A stretch of 63,879 bases of DNA, filler included, from Octopus bimaculoides (GCF_001194135.2; 5 parts of 5 records of this genome joined end to end with filler, not necessarily neighbours in it); one strand, 5' to 3'. Counted from the whole stretch's first letter, positions 10,480-23,239 are shown. Made by a program: numbers and translations. The notes: generated by a model from the letters alone, not told the origin.

Positions 10480-13192
10480 ACAATGGCAAAGTTAGAAATA
10501 TATTTTATGGATAAAGTCTTACAGCTGTTTCAGGGAAAATCCAATGTATTCCTTCATCGGAGACAGTAATAGTAGAGGAATGGATTATTACATCTATAAG
10601 AGGAGAGTTGTAGTAGGAAGTGAGAGTGATGCGCTGAAAAAAGAACAAAGAAGAAACAGTACTTGGAGTGTAGCTTCATTCCAGTAGTAAACATCCATGT
10701 AAATAATCCTTGTGGGCATTTTCCGGAGATAATTGTAGTAGCAAAGGTGTATATATGTCATATCGTGTCCGGAGTATACTGTGAGTTGTTTACTCAAAGG
10801 ATAGCCTAAATCAAGTGAGAGATGTGTGTAGGGTAAAGAGGTCAAGCCTTAAGACAGGAAGGAAAGGGGAGAAGGAAGTAATTCAAGTGAGGAATAGTAG
10901 TGAGCAGTTGTATGGTCAGTTATTCTGACAAGACAAATAATAAGTATAGGGAGTAAAGGAAGAATGAGGGGGTGGAGGCATAAGTTTAGTAAGGAAGAAG
11001 GAATGTGAGGAGGTAATGTGGAGAGGTATTTATATGTGTATATTGTCAGGCTACAAGTGGTGAGGGTGTAGGTGACATTCTAAAAACAGTATTAAAGGAA
11101 AATAGAAGAGAATAGAATTAGTAGTAATATGTTCTAAAAAAAGAGCTAAACCTAATTTCAAGATGGTAGAATGGGAATCAGATGCTACCTGGAGTTGATT
11201 GTGGTTATCAATAGGGAGCCTGCAAGTGGTGGTGGTGTTAGTGGCAAGGAAGTATAAAGGAAGTAAAATAGGAAAAAATATATTTAGTAGTGATAGGATC
11301 ATAAAATGAAATAAATCTATTCTAAAGATGGTAGAAGGGGGATCAGTTTGCTAGGTTGAATAGGTTGCCTATAGGGAGTTGTGTGATAATGTTGTGTGGT
11401 CATTTGTGCATTTGTGTCTGTGATAGAATTTAAATGTATGGAAAAAACGGTGATTGCAGGTGCTAAGTGCTTCGTTATATCGATTAAGTAGAATGGGAGA
11501 ATTGTATTTTAAAATATGGAACACCTCCTTTAAGCAAAGCTTGCAATTAGAGCGCTGGCCCTGGTATGGAATTCCAGAGTCCAGGATAGAACATTTTAAA
11601 GTATACTGGGTATTTGTGTTTTTAAGGTGGTGAATGTGGTTGGCTAGTGTTGTAGATTTACTGTGTTTGTCATATCTAAAAGAGTGCAAATGGGCTGCAT
11701 AGCGTTGCTTGAAGGTTTTAGTTGAACCTATGTATGCAGCTGTAGAGTTATGTAGCAGATTCGTTACAGTGCACTTATATATTACGTTATATCTTACGCA
11801 ATGCGTTTGTAGCAGGCAGATTGTCCCGGAGCGACAGTTATAAGTAGATGTGACTTGGGGGTTGGGCTCTGTGGTGGATGAGGCATTATTGTTGGAGGAT
11901 ATGTTATGTGAGGATGTAGAAGAATCTAGATCAATGGAATTATTGTTATAGTTATTTATCCCTCTATTGTTATTATTATAGGATATGGTATTAAAGATTT
12001 CGTTGGAAGAGGATAGATCAGATATGCAGGTTGAAATACCCATGACTATGTTATCGAAAGTAGATCTGTGGTGATTAGAGTGAACATTGAGGCATTTTAG
12101 GTATTGGTTAGGTTTATGATAGGGGGAATATTGTGAGCTTGATAGGTTTAGAGTAACGTCTAGAAAGTTAGCCGTTTTATATGCGTTTTCAAATGTGATG
12201 GATAGATTCAGATTAGAGAAGAATTTGTGTAGATCCTTTTTAGTCCTTTCCAGAGAAGATTTATTAATAGCCTTGGTAAGTAATAAGGCATCATCCTTAT
12301 ATAGACCTCCGCGGATATTAGGGAAATGTGAGCGCAGTTAGTGAAGTATATATAATCCAACTAAATCAGTGGCCTGAGCGGAATCAGAAGATCCCATGGT
12401 TATATCAAATAAGTTGTTAGAGTTATTACTATGTTGGTTAGCTCAGCACCAGAGTTTGTTTTCGAAGGATATAAGAGTTTTGCGTGCATTGAGTATAATG
12501 TTAATTTCCAGAGGGGTTATGCTAGTAAGATTCCTAGCAAAAAGAATAGCCTTATTTAGAAGTTTAGGAGAGATAGAGGAGTAATAGTTGTTAATATCAA
12601 ATTGAAGGAATGAGAAAGAGTTTTTGTTATCCAAGGTGTGGAACTATGCAATAACCTCCCCAGTGTGGTACCATAGATTAGTGTTTAATTTCTCTTTGAC
12701 AACAGGTATTATCTTGTCCAGAATATTTTTGCTGATTCTTCCGAGGTCGGATTTGGTAGGGCATATTAGGCGTATAGATGGTTTTGTGATGAAATCCTTC
12801 TTATGATCCTTGAGGTTGAAGTGTGGAGGTGCAGGGCAGTATGGTCCTGTTCTGTCATCCACATGTAGTTTCCTCATGAGTTTGCAGTGGCTGGTGTTGA
12901 CGTCATTTAAAGCAGATGTTGATGCTAGCTTGTAGGATCTGTTGAGCTCGTTTCTAATGAATTTAATGTACTCCTCTATGGTGATGGGATACAGATTTCC
13001 TGTTTTATCAGAAAATATGTGTAATTTAAGGGGGAATTAGTAATTCTTTTTATGGTATGTGATAGTCTTTTTTGAAAGGGAGATTTGAATTTAGAGAATT
13101 TAATATTTTTGATTAAATCTATCATATCCGCTTCAAATTTTTCAAGATGTGGATTGTGTGGAGGATTGTTATACGATGTGAGGTTGAATTTG
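10480..13192 (-). mobile_element. Penelope-like retroelement (RT plus C-terminal GIY-YIG), decayed; 5' end lost in gap
   Basis: RT: IRLICPTKSDLGRISK, FDINNYYSSI, FDITMGS.D.AQATDLVGLYIL, GLYKDDAL, NFLDVTLNL. Endonuclease: CNCR...NVIYKCTV...AYIGST..FKQRY..HLHSF...CKLCLKE. Several stops. Confidence 0.9.
10516..10564 (-). ncRNA. Minimal hammerhead ribozyme in the PLE 3' pLTR (U4C variant)
   Basis: gtct-CCGATGA-aggaa..ttccct-GAA-ACAGCTGT-A-agac: stem I GTCT/AGAC, palindromic stem III, GUA site. Confidence 0.75.
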
Positions 13193-14135
13193 NNNNNNNN
13201 NNNNNNNNNNNNNNNNNNNNNNNNNNNNNNNNNNNNNNNNNNNNNNNNNNNNNNNNNNNNNNNNNNNNNNNNNNNNNNNNNNNNNNNNNNNNNNNNNNNN
13301 NNNNNNNNNNNNNNNNNNNNNNNNNNNNNNNNNNNNNNNNNNNNNNNNNNNNNNNNNNNNNNNNNNNNNNNNNNNNNNNNNNNNNNNNNNNNNNNNNNNN
13401 NNNNNNNNNNNNNNNNNNNNNNNNNNNNNNNNNNNNNNNNNNNNNNNNNNNNNNNNNNNNNNNNNNNNNNNNNNNNNNNNNNNNNNNNNNNNNNNNNNNN
13501 NNNNNNNNNNNNNNNNNNNNNNNNNNNNNNNNNNNNNNNNNNNNNNNNNNNNNNNNNNNNNNNNNNNNNNNNNNNNNNNNNNNNNNNNNNNNNNNNNNNN
13601 NNNNNNNNNNNNNNNNNNNNNNNNNNNNNNNNNNNNNNNNNNNNNNNNNNNNNNNNNNNNNNNNNNNNNNNNNNNNNNNNNNNNNNNNNNNNNNNNNNNN
13701 NNNNNNNNNNNNNNNNNNNNNNNNNNNNNNNNNNNNNNNNNNNNNNNNNNNNNNNNNNNNNNNNNNNNNNNNNNNNNNNNNNNNNNNNNNNNNNNNNNNN
13801 NNNNNNNNNNNNNNNNNNNNNNNNNNNNNNNNNNNNNNNNNNNNNNNNNNNNNNNNNNNNNATCTTCTTTCCCCACTAATAACAGGTAAGGTATATATAT
13901 TTTTTTAAAATATGTTTAAATAATTTATAATTAATTCTAGTGTCCTTTTATTCTTATTGCATGTTATAGTAGGCTTTAAAATGCTTATATTATTAGATTA
14001 GTATTTTGGATATAATTTTCTATGTGTACTCCAGTAAATAAGGTTATCTTGAAATTGAAGTTGGGGTCCTATTGGTAAAATCCCAAATTTTTAATAATAA
14101 TAATATTATATATATATATATAATTGCTTTCTTAA

Positions 14136-14355
14136 CCCTTTTGTTTCCATATTCCTGTTGAATCTGTTTTTGTTTCAATTAGTTTTGATGATTATGAAGA
14201 ATTTGTTAAAGTAACTTCGTCATTATTAAACTGATGCTTAGAATATAAATTAACATGAGATTTTGCTGGAAGGTTTTAATTTAGATCATTTTAAAACACG
14301 AAGTTTGTATTATAGAATCAAGTGTGGCATCAGGTAGGGGTTGGTATCAAAAGGG
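14136..14355. mobile_element. piggyBac-type MITE
   Basis: TTAA-CCCTTTTG...CAAAAGGG-TTAA: TIRs with TTAA target duplication. Confidence 0.75.
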
Positions 14356-15022
14356 TTAATTCACAAACTTTTCTCATAAATTAATATAGCATATCCAACA
14401 TACTCTATTGGTCTCCCCTTGGTCATCATGTATTCATTACCATAAAGCATCACATTTTTCACATATACTTTTTTGAAATTTCTTCCTGATGATAACAATG
14501 GTTTACTTTTTATTAGAATTGTCCAGACATAGATTTAAGAATTCAATCTTAGGTATTACAGAATAAAAATAGTAATGAGCAAAGTACTAAAACACCCCTC
14601 TTTTATTTACAGATTATAAATATAAAGTATTCCAGTCAAGGGTGGAAACACGAGATTTTTTGTCGTGACATTCCTTGTACACCAGTTTAAGATTCTGTCT
14701 GGTGAACAAAAGATTATAAATTTTATCACATGACAATATCTGCTTTGTTTTTTTCATCTTAGCTGCCTTTAACACCATTGGTATAACAACCCGAGTCTTC
14801 TCAATTCTGTAATAAAAGCAATCATATGTTTAGTGTGCATTAATAGTGTTGATAAATATACATAAATAGGACATTCAGAAGAGATATGACAGTTTCTCAA
14901 GCTGACCATATGTACATCTCTCATATTTGATATTTTATTTGAGAATACTTTTTTCAATATTTCATTTTCATATTTAGTTTGCAAGGTTCTTTGTGAATTT
15001 GCATGTTGAAACAAATTTCGTT

Positions 15023-15277
15023 GAGTCTAAGGAGAGTCACTACACCAATATTAATGCACTGGTTCAATTCCACTCCTTTATTATTAGTCAATTAATTAAA
15101 TATCCATACAACTAACTAATCGATTGTTTGTGTAACTTGTTGATTAAACAGTCATACAAGTTAAGGAAATTAGATGGATAATTAGTTGGATATTTAACCA
15201 ATCGACTAATAATAAAGGAGTGGAATTGAACTGGTACATGTGTCATTAATATTGGCGTAATGACTATCCTTAGACTC
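15023..15277. mobile_element. Foldback/MITE hairpin element
   Basis: About 90-bp inverted arms gagtctaagga..gtca.tac.ccaatattaatg...gttcaattccactcctttattattagtc. Confidence 0.75.
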
Positions 15278-15687
15278 TCTCTTTACTCTTTTACTCTTTT
15301 ACTTGTTTCAGTCATTTGACTGCGGCCATGCTGGAGCACCGCCTTTAGTCGATAAAATCGACCCCAGGACTTATCCTTTGTAAGCCTAGTACTTATTTTA
15401 TCGGTCTTTTTTTTTTTTGCCAAACCGCTAAGTTACAGGGGACGTAAACACACCAGCATCGGTTGTCAAGCGATGGTGGGGGGACAAACACAGACACACA
15501 AACATATATATATATACATATATACAACGGGCTTCTTTCAGTTTCCGTCTACCAAATCCACTCACAAGGCTTTGGTCGGCCCGAGGCTATAGAAGAAGAC
15601 ACTTGCCCAAGGTGCCACGCAGTTGGACTGAACCCGGAACCATGTGGTTGGTAAGCAAGCTACTTACCACACAGTCACTCCTGCAAT
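15278..15687 (-). mobile_element. Full-length tRNA-derived CORE-type SINE
   Basis: A box TGACTGTGTGG and B box GGTTCAGTCC; CORE-like cttgggcaagtgtcttc; (taaaagag)n tail. Confidence 0.85.
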
Positions 15688-15968
15688 ACATTTTTTTCTT
15701 ATGGTGCCTAGTTTAAGTGCAGCAAGTATAATGTCTCTCATTCAAGTACTAAATTTAAGGCCACAATTTTGAAACCAGATTGTAGTTCAGTTTATTCAAT
15801 AGCCTAGATGCTTCGATTATACTACTTAATCACACACCCCACTAACAGTATACAACGTGCTACTTATTTCAGAGTTATTATCAACATAGAACATAAGCAT
15901 ATACCTATGTCCTTGCACAAATGAAGACTCACTCTATTTTACTTTTAGTTCTAATATATATGCATGCC

Positions 15969-16011
<43 letters not shown>

Positions 16012-16513
16012 TGCATGTGTTTGTGTGTGCGTATACATACATTAAATAAAATTATATATATANNNNNNNNNNNNNNNNNNNNNNNNNNNNNNNNNNNNNN
16101 NNNNNNNNNNNNNNNNNNNNNNNNNNNNNNNNNNNNNNNNNNNNNNNNNNNNNNNNNNNNNNNNNNNNNNNNNNNNNNNNNNNNNNNNNNNNNNNNNNNN
16201 NNNNNNNNNNNNNNNNNNNNNNNNNNNNNNNNNNNNNNNNNNNNNNNNNNNNNNNNNNNNNNNNNNNNNNNNNNNNNNNNNNNNNNNNNNNNNNNNNNNN
16301 NNNNNNNNNNNNNNNNNNNNNNNNNNNNNNNNNNNNNNNNNNNNNNNNNNNNNNNNNNNNNNNNNNNNNNNNNNNNNNNNNNNNNNNNNNNNNNNNNNNN
16401 NNNNNNNNNNNNNNNNNNNNNNNNNNNNNNNNNNNNNNNNNNNNNNNNNNNNNNNNNNNNNNNNNNNNNNNNNNNNNNNNNNNNNNNNNNNNNNNNNNNN
16501 NNNNNNNNNNNNN

Positions 16514-16720
16514 CATATGTTAAATGAATTCTTTTATTTCCAACATATGTTTCGAAGATTACAAATATATTCGGTTAAAATGTCTTACGGTTAAGCTGGT
16601 TCCTATGTATTTCCCTGAAGAGAAGATTACATCCTTATCAACATCACCTATTCCTATGGAAGGTATAATTTATAATCTTCAAAACATATGTTGGAAATAA
16701 AAGAATTCATTTAACATATG
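16514..16720. mobile_element. Inverted-pLTR-like element with hammerhead motif at 16608-16699 (+)
   Basis: 53-bp terminal inverted arms; tatttcc-CTGAAGA-gaagatta...taatcttc-(A)AA-ACATATGT-T-ggaaata. Confidence 0.7.
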
Positions 16721-16945
16721 CGTTTTACTCCATTTACTAAATTTATATATTTACTCAAGTACCCAAAATAACAAGGAGTTTCTACCTCATAAACAGGAGT
16801 TACACCACAGTCATTTTGTGATCTTTGCTACCCTGGTATCTATTAACCAATTTATTTTGTCCGAGCAAATATTAACTTAGAGAAAATAAATACATATAAT
16901 AAAATATATATATGTATGTATATATATCATATATATACATGTGTG

Positions 16946-17009
<64 letters not shown>

Positions 17010-17517
17010 TATAAATTAGAACTGGAAAACAAAACAATTAATTGAACAATTAAATAATTTAATCATTTAATCATTAAAAGATAAATTCAATTCAATTTAA
17101 TTATTTTATACAAACAAATGACACAGCTCATAAATTACAGCTGTTTCCACTCGATTAATAAAAAACAAGTTTTTCAAGAATAATAAAATATCATTTAAAT
17201 ATAATGAGGTTTCATCAGATTGACATATCTTGTTAAATATCTCATGAAAAATAGCAACTGAAAATTTTCTATAACTGCTAATGCTTTTTGAGAGCAAGCT
17301 TAATCATAAATAAATAATCTAACTGAAATTTTGTAACTTCCTAAATTTAAATCTATTAGTATCTAGTTCCAATAAATGATTTTGTTGTGTAATACACACT
17401 TTCATATAGACATATCTATATATATTTATATATACACAGGTATACCTATCCATTTATGTATATATACATACACATACACATACATACATGCATATTCACA
17501 TACACAAGTTTACATAT

Positions 17518-17519
<2 letters not shown>

Positions 17520-17612
<93 letters not shown>

Positions 17613-17619
17613 TAGATAG

Positions 17620-17650
<31 letters not shown>

Positions 17651-17740
17651 GAGAGAGAGAGAGAGAGGGAGAGAGAGAGAGAGAGGGAGAGAGAGAGAGA
17701 GAGCGGGAGAGAGAGAGAGAGGGAGAGAGAGAGAGAGAGA
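17520..17740. repeat. Compound microsatellite (TC)n(TA)n(GA)n(GATA)n(GA)n
   Basis: Direct. Confidence 0.95.
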
Positions 17741-17960
17741 TAAGCAATATGCATACATATACAGTTCCATACACACATGTATATATATTTATGGTAAAAC
17801 ATTATTTTACATATTAATTCAAATCTAAATAAAAGAATTTATAATATATGTATAAACATGTATGAATGTATGTATGCGTACGTTTGTATGTATATGTATT
17901 TGCATATATGTGTGTGTCCATGTGTATACGTTATATATGTATATATATATGTATATGTAT

Positions 17961-18859
17961 CGTCGTCGTCGTCGTTTAACGTCCGCTTTCCATGCTGGCA
18001 TGGGTTGGACGATTTGACTGAGGACTGGTGAAACCAGATGGCTACACCAGGCTCCAATCTGATTTGGCAGAGTTTCTACAGCTGGATGCCCTTCCTAACA
18101 CCAACCACTCAGAGAGTGTAGTGGGCACTTTTTACGTGCCACCGGCACAAAGTCCAGTCAGGTGGTACTGGCAACAACCACGCTCAAAATGGTGTATTTC
18201 ATGTGCCACCCGCACAAGAGCCAGTTCAGGGGCACTGGCAACGGTCTCACTCGAAAGTCCTTACACATGCTGCGGGCACAGGTGCCAGAAAGGCGACGCT
18301 GGGCACAGGTGCCAGAAAGGCGACACTGGGCACAATGCCAGAAAGGCGACGCTGGGCACAGGTGCCATCACAATTTTGCTTTCGTTTGCCCCAATAAGCC
18401 TTCGCAAGTGGAGTTTAGTGTCCAATGAAGGAAGGAAGGTACACATAAGTGGACTGGCTGAGTCCTTAGATTTAGGTTTCACGTGGCTTGCCAGGTCTTC
18501 TCACGCACAGCATATTTCCAATTGACAGAGTTTCTACAGCTGGATGCCCTTCCTAACGCCGACCACTCAGAGAGTGTAGAGGGTGCTTTTACGTGCCACT
18601 GGCACGAATGCCAGTCAGGCGGTACTGGCAACGGCCACGCTCAAAATGGTGTATTTTATGTGCCACTCGCACAAGAGCCAGTCCAGGGGCACTGGCAATG
18701 ATCTCTCTCGAAAGTCCTTACACATGCTGTGGGCACAAGTGCCAGAAAGGCGACGCTGGGCACAGGTGCCTTCACGATTTCGCTTTCCCCAATAAGTCTT
18801 CACAAGCTCAGTTTCGTGTCCAATGAAGGAGACAACGATTTCGATTTCACTTGCCTCAA
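17961..18859 (-). mobile_element. Composite non-autonomous RTE-tail repeat with internal tandem subunits (two partial units)
   Basis: RTE-type tail ...catggaaagcggacgttaaacgacgac; repeated ggcacaggtgccagaaaggcgacgctg subunits. Confidence 0.75.
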
Positions 18860-19250
18860 NNNNNNNNNNNNNNNNNNNNNNNNNNNNNNNNNNNNNNNNN
18901 NNNNNNNNNNNNNNNNNNNNNNNNNNNNNNNNNNNNNNNNNNNNNNNNNNNNNNNNNNNNNNNNNNNNNNNNNNNNNNNNNNNNNNNNNNNNNNNNNNNN
19001 NNNNNNNNNNNNNNNNNNNNNNNNNNNNNNNNNNNNNNNNNNNNNNNNNNNNNNNNNNNNNNNNNNNNNNNNNNNNNNNNNNNNNNNNNNNNNNNNNNNN
19101 NNNNNNNNNNNNNNNNNNNNNNNNNNNNNNNNNNNNNNNNNNNNNNNNNNNNNNNNNNNNNNNNNNNNNNNNNNNNNNNNNNNNNNNNNNNNNNNNNNNN
19201 NNNNNNNNNNNNNNNNNNNNNNNNNNNNNNNNNNNNNNNNNNNNNNNNNN

Positions 19251-19582
19251 AGGTCTTCTCACGCACAGCATATTTCCAATTGACAGAGTTTCTACAGCTG
19301 GATGCCCTTCCTAACGCCGACCACTCAGAGAGTGTAGAGGGTGCTTTTACGTGCCACTGGCACGAATGCCAGTCAGGCGGTACTGGCAACGGCCACGCTC
19401 AAAATGGTGTATTTTATGTGTCACCCGCACAAGAGCCAGTCTAGGGGCACTGGGAACGATCTCACTCGAAAGTCCTTACACATGCCGTGGGCACAAGTGC
19501 CAGAAAAGCGACACTGGGCACAGGTGCCATCATGATTTCGATTTCGCTTGCCCCAATAAGTCTTTGCAAGCTGAGTTTCGTC
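19251..19582 (-). mobile_element. Further copy of the composite repeat, near-duplicate of 18493-18820
   Basis: Near-identical sequence on the other side of the 18860-19250 gap. Confidence 0.7.
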
Positions 19583-19618
<36 letters not shown>

Positions 19619-19621
<3 letters not shown>

Positions 19622-20478
19622 GGTGCGATGGCTAAATTGTCACCATTTTATATTTATATTTTTTAATATCGCGCATGCACATTGTTTGATTTTTATTTTG
19701 TCAACTACACAATATAGTAGGGTGAATTGGACACTGTCTGTGAAAAATAATGCGCCATGATGCAATTCACTCTACCAGAAATTTGGAAATAACATGCTGT
19801 ACTGCTTGGCATTCATGCTGGAAGTCCCAATACAAACAGATGGTGGTGAACACACAGAACAACCGTTGGCTTGCCATGTCTCCGAAACATATACCAGGAG
19901 TGATAAAAATCAGACATTCCATCATCATGGTATTTGGAGCGATCACTAGTGATGCTGACATTATGCCTCCATTCATCTGCCCAGATGGCCTCACACTCAA
20001 AAACGGAGGCTTACATCAAATGCCTGAAAGAAGTAATGCCACCCTGAGTAAAGAGAATGGCTGCTGGAAGACCCTTTGTCTGGCACACAAGCAGGGGAGC
20101 TCAGTCATAGCTGTCAGACAATTTCTGTGACCACATCACCCCTAACATCTGGTCACCTAAGTCCCCAGACTGCAACCTGCTTGATTATTATGCGTGGGGT
20201 GCAGTTGAGAAAGACCAACAAAACTCCCTGTAACACCAAAGATGAACTGAAGGCAAGGATTATGACAGCATTCACTAACTTAAACAAGGAAATCATCCAG
20301 AAGAGTTGCAGGAAAATACGAAGTTGTCCGGATGGTGTGGTTGAAGCCAATGGCAATTTTATTGAATAAATTTACTCCTTAGTATTTCAAGATATTTTTA
20401 TGTAATTTTGGTAAATGAAATGTTAGTGTTATTTTCATTTTTGCGTAATTTAGATGGCAATATATTCACTGCAGCTTG
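19619..20478 (+). mobile_element. Tc1/mariner-superfamily element, internally deleted
   Basis: TA-flanked degenerate TIRs; IMVFGAITSDADIMPPF and WSPKSPDCN.LDYYAWG motifs. Confidence 0.8.
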
Positions 20479-20486
20479 TATATATT

Positions 20487-20518
<32 letters not shown>

Positions 20519-20519
20519 A

Positions 20520-21070
20520 AACCAAATTCAACGACTGGCACCCGTGCCAACCTCTCCTTCATTGGACACTAAACTCTGCTTGCGAAGACCTGTTGAGGCA
20601 AGTGAAATCGAAATCATAATTGAACCATATTCGATGACTGGCACCTGTGCCAGTGGAGCACTAACAGCAATGTCCAGAGAAGCTGTCTGGCTTCCATGCT
20701 AGTGGCAAGTAAATAGCACCATTTGAGCGTGATCGTTACTGGCACTTGTGCCGGTGGCACATTAGAAAATCATTCGAGCGAGGTCATTGCCAGTGCTGCT
20801 GGACTGGCTCCTGTGCAGGTGGCATGTAAAAAACACCATTTTGAGCATGGCTGTTGCCAGTACTGTGTGACTGGCCTTCATGCCGGTGGCACATAAAAGC
20901 ACCCACTACACTCTCGGAGTGGTTGGCGTTAGGAAGGGCATCCAGCTGAAGAAACTCTGCCAAATCAGATTGGAGCCTGGTGTAGCCATCTGGTTCACCA
21001 GACCTTAGTCAAATTGTCCAACCCATGCTAGCATGGAAAGCGGACGTTAAACGATGATGATGATGATGAT
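20520..21070 (+). mobile_element. Composite RTE-tail repeat, tail-to-tail with the 21092-22277 copy
   Basis: Ends in cggacgttaaac(gat)n. Confidence 0.8.
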
Positions 21071-21091
21071 TATGATGATATATGATGATAT

Positions 21092-22277
21092 ATCATCATC
21101 ATCATCATCATCATCGTCATCATCATCATCGTTTAACATCCGCTTTCCATGCTAGCATGGGTTGGATGATTTGACTGAGGACTGGTGAAACCAGATGGCT
21201 ACACCAGGCTCCAATCTGATTTGGCAGAGTTTCTACAGCTGGATGCCCTTCCTAACGCCAACCACTCAGAGAGTGTAGTGGGTGCTTTTACGTGTCACCG
21301 GCACGAAGGCCAGTCAGGCGGTACTGGCAACGGCCACGCTCAAAATGGTGTATTTTATGTGCCACCCGCACAAGAGCCAGTCCAGGGACACTGGCAACGA
21401 TCTCGCTCGAAAATCCTATGAAGGCCAGTCAGGCGGTACTGGCAACAGTCACGCCCAAAATGGTGCACTTCATGCGTCACCCACACAAGAGCCAGCCCAG
21501 GCGCACTGGCAACGATCTCGCTCGAAAATCCTACGACGGCACCGCACAAGAGCCATTTCAGGGGCACTGGCAACGATCTCACTCGAAAATCATACGACGG
21601 CCAGTCAGGCGGTACTGGCAACGGCCACGCTCAAAATGGTATATTTTATGTGCCACCCGCACATGAGCCAGTCCAGGGGCACTGGAAACGGTCTCGCTCG
21701 AAAATCCTATGAAGGCCAGTCAGGTGGTACTGGCAACAGCCACGCTCAATGGTTTATTTTATGTGCCACCCGCACAAGAGTCGATCCAGGGGCACTGGCA
21801 ACGATCTCTACGAAGGCCAGTCAGGTGGTACAGGCAACGGCCATGCTCAAAATGGTGTATTTTATGTGCCACCCGCACAAGAGCCAGTCCAGAGGCACTG
21901 GCAACGATCTCACTCGAAGGTCCTTACACATGCTGCGGGCACAAGTGCCATTACGATATCAATTTCGCTTGCCCCAATAAGTCTTTGCAAGCTGAGTTTC
22001 TTGTCCAATGAGGGAGACGACATTGGTATGGGTCCGAGTCATCAAATTTCACTCGATTTCGATTTCACTTGCCTCAACAGGTCTTTGCAAGTGGAAGTTT
22101 AGTGTCCAATTTAACTTGATTTCGATTTCACTTGCCTCAACAGGTCTTCGCAAGTGGAAGTTTAGTGTCCAATTTAACTCGATTTCGATTTCACTTGCCT
22201 CAACAGGTCTTCGCAAGTGGAGTTTAGTGTCCAATCTAACTCGATTTCGATTTCACTTGCCTCAACAGGTCTTCGCA
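21092..22277 (-). mobile_element. Composite RTE-tail repeat with expanded ~114-bp dimeric and ~63-bp tandem arrays
   Basis: gaaggccagtcaggcggtactgg units at about 21306, 21420, 21711 and 21812; gatttcacttgcctc units at 22061, 22124, 22187 and 22249. Confidence 0.8.
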
Positions 22278-22378
22278 ANNNNNNNNNNNNNNNNNNNNNN
22301 NNNNNNNNNNNNNNNNNNNNNNTTAATTAATTAANNNNNNNNNNNNNNNNNNNNNNNNNNNNNNNNNNNNNNNNNNNN

Positions 22379-22414
<36 letters not shown>

Positions 22415-23239
22415 GTGTGTGTGTTATGTGAATTTATGGAAAGTTATCCCATAAAACTCAACAAATTTGTTAAAAATAGAGAAGAGAAGATGTTAAAATT
22501 TAAGAGAATTTTAATTCATTCATGCATACGATCGTTTCAAACAACGATATTACAATCATGCAAATTCATGGTTGAATAGGAAATATTAAATTAATTTAAT
22601 TTAATTAAATTAATTATGTATCACTTTTCTCCTCACTGCAAGAAGTATAAACAAAAAATTATTGCAAATGACTCAATGAAGGAAATAGCAGAGAATGATC
22701 TCAGATATTCATATTTATCCTTATGAGAAATACAAGCATCATAATAATGAGTGTGAGTCCTGTTAAGTATAAACTAAAACCAAGGCAACTAATGATTATT
22801 TGAAAATATAAGCGAAAAAGGTTTTATGAGACGTTTCCTCTATAGAAGAGTAAGGTGATAAGTGATCCTAATTCCAAATAAATTGTGTGTGAAGGAAGTT
22901 TAATAGAGATGTCTAATGGAAAAGCATAGTTATGTTTGAATTAAGATATAAGTTATAAACAATACTAGGTGTTGTGTATATTTAAAAAGATTTTTACGTG
23001 AGAATGAAGTTAAACTAGAGTATGTAGTATATAGATGGCTACTGGAATGTAATGTAAACACGTATTAAGGGGTAGAAATGCTTAAAGAGCTATGTAAAAT
23101 GGAGTTGTGTTAGTGTAAGAACTAATATTCATTTGTATGTATTAGATATAAGGTAAAAAAATTTTAAAAAATATGGAATTAGTTGTTAATATTACAGATT
23201 TAGATAGTAAATACTTGCTGTGGTTGTAAATATTAAAAA

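Noticed and set aside
12300-12650. In-frame stops in the PLE RT as possible selenocysteine recoding
   Set aside because: The stops are a mix of TAG, TGA and TAA at non-Cys positions, so this is ordinary decay.
14400-15000. Splice-like signals that might be leader exons
   Set aside because: No start codon or stop-free chain that I could connect convincingly.
18493-19582. Apparent tandem duplication across the 18860-19250 gap
   Set aside because: Near-identical flanks around a gap in a high-copy repeat could be a scaffolding artefact; cannot be distinguished here.
21282-21980. 232-aa ORF with repeated peptide units
   Set aside because: Read-through of a tandemly expanded non-coding repeat; other copies of the family have different frames and stops.
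21300-22277. CRISPR-like regular repeats
   Set aside because: Eukaryotic context, no unique spacers and no cas genes; simple tandem duplications.
22323-22334. TTAATTAATTAA islands inside N runs (also 49253-49264, 58787-58798, 62698-62709)
   Set aside because: An identical 12-mer with stops in all six frames, centred in gaps: an assembly filler, not biology.
22826-22860. GAAACGTC half-motif on the - strand
   Set aside because: No CUGAnGA at the expected position.
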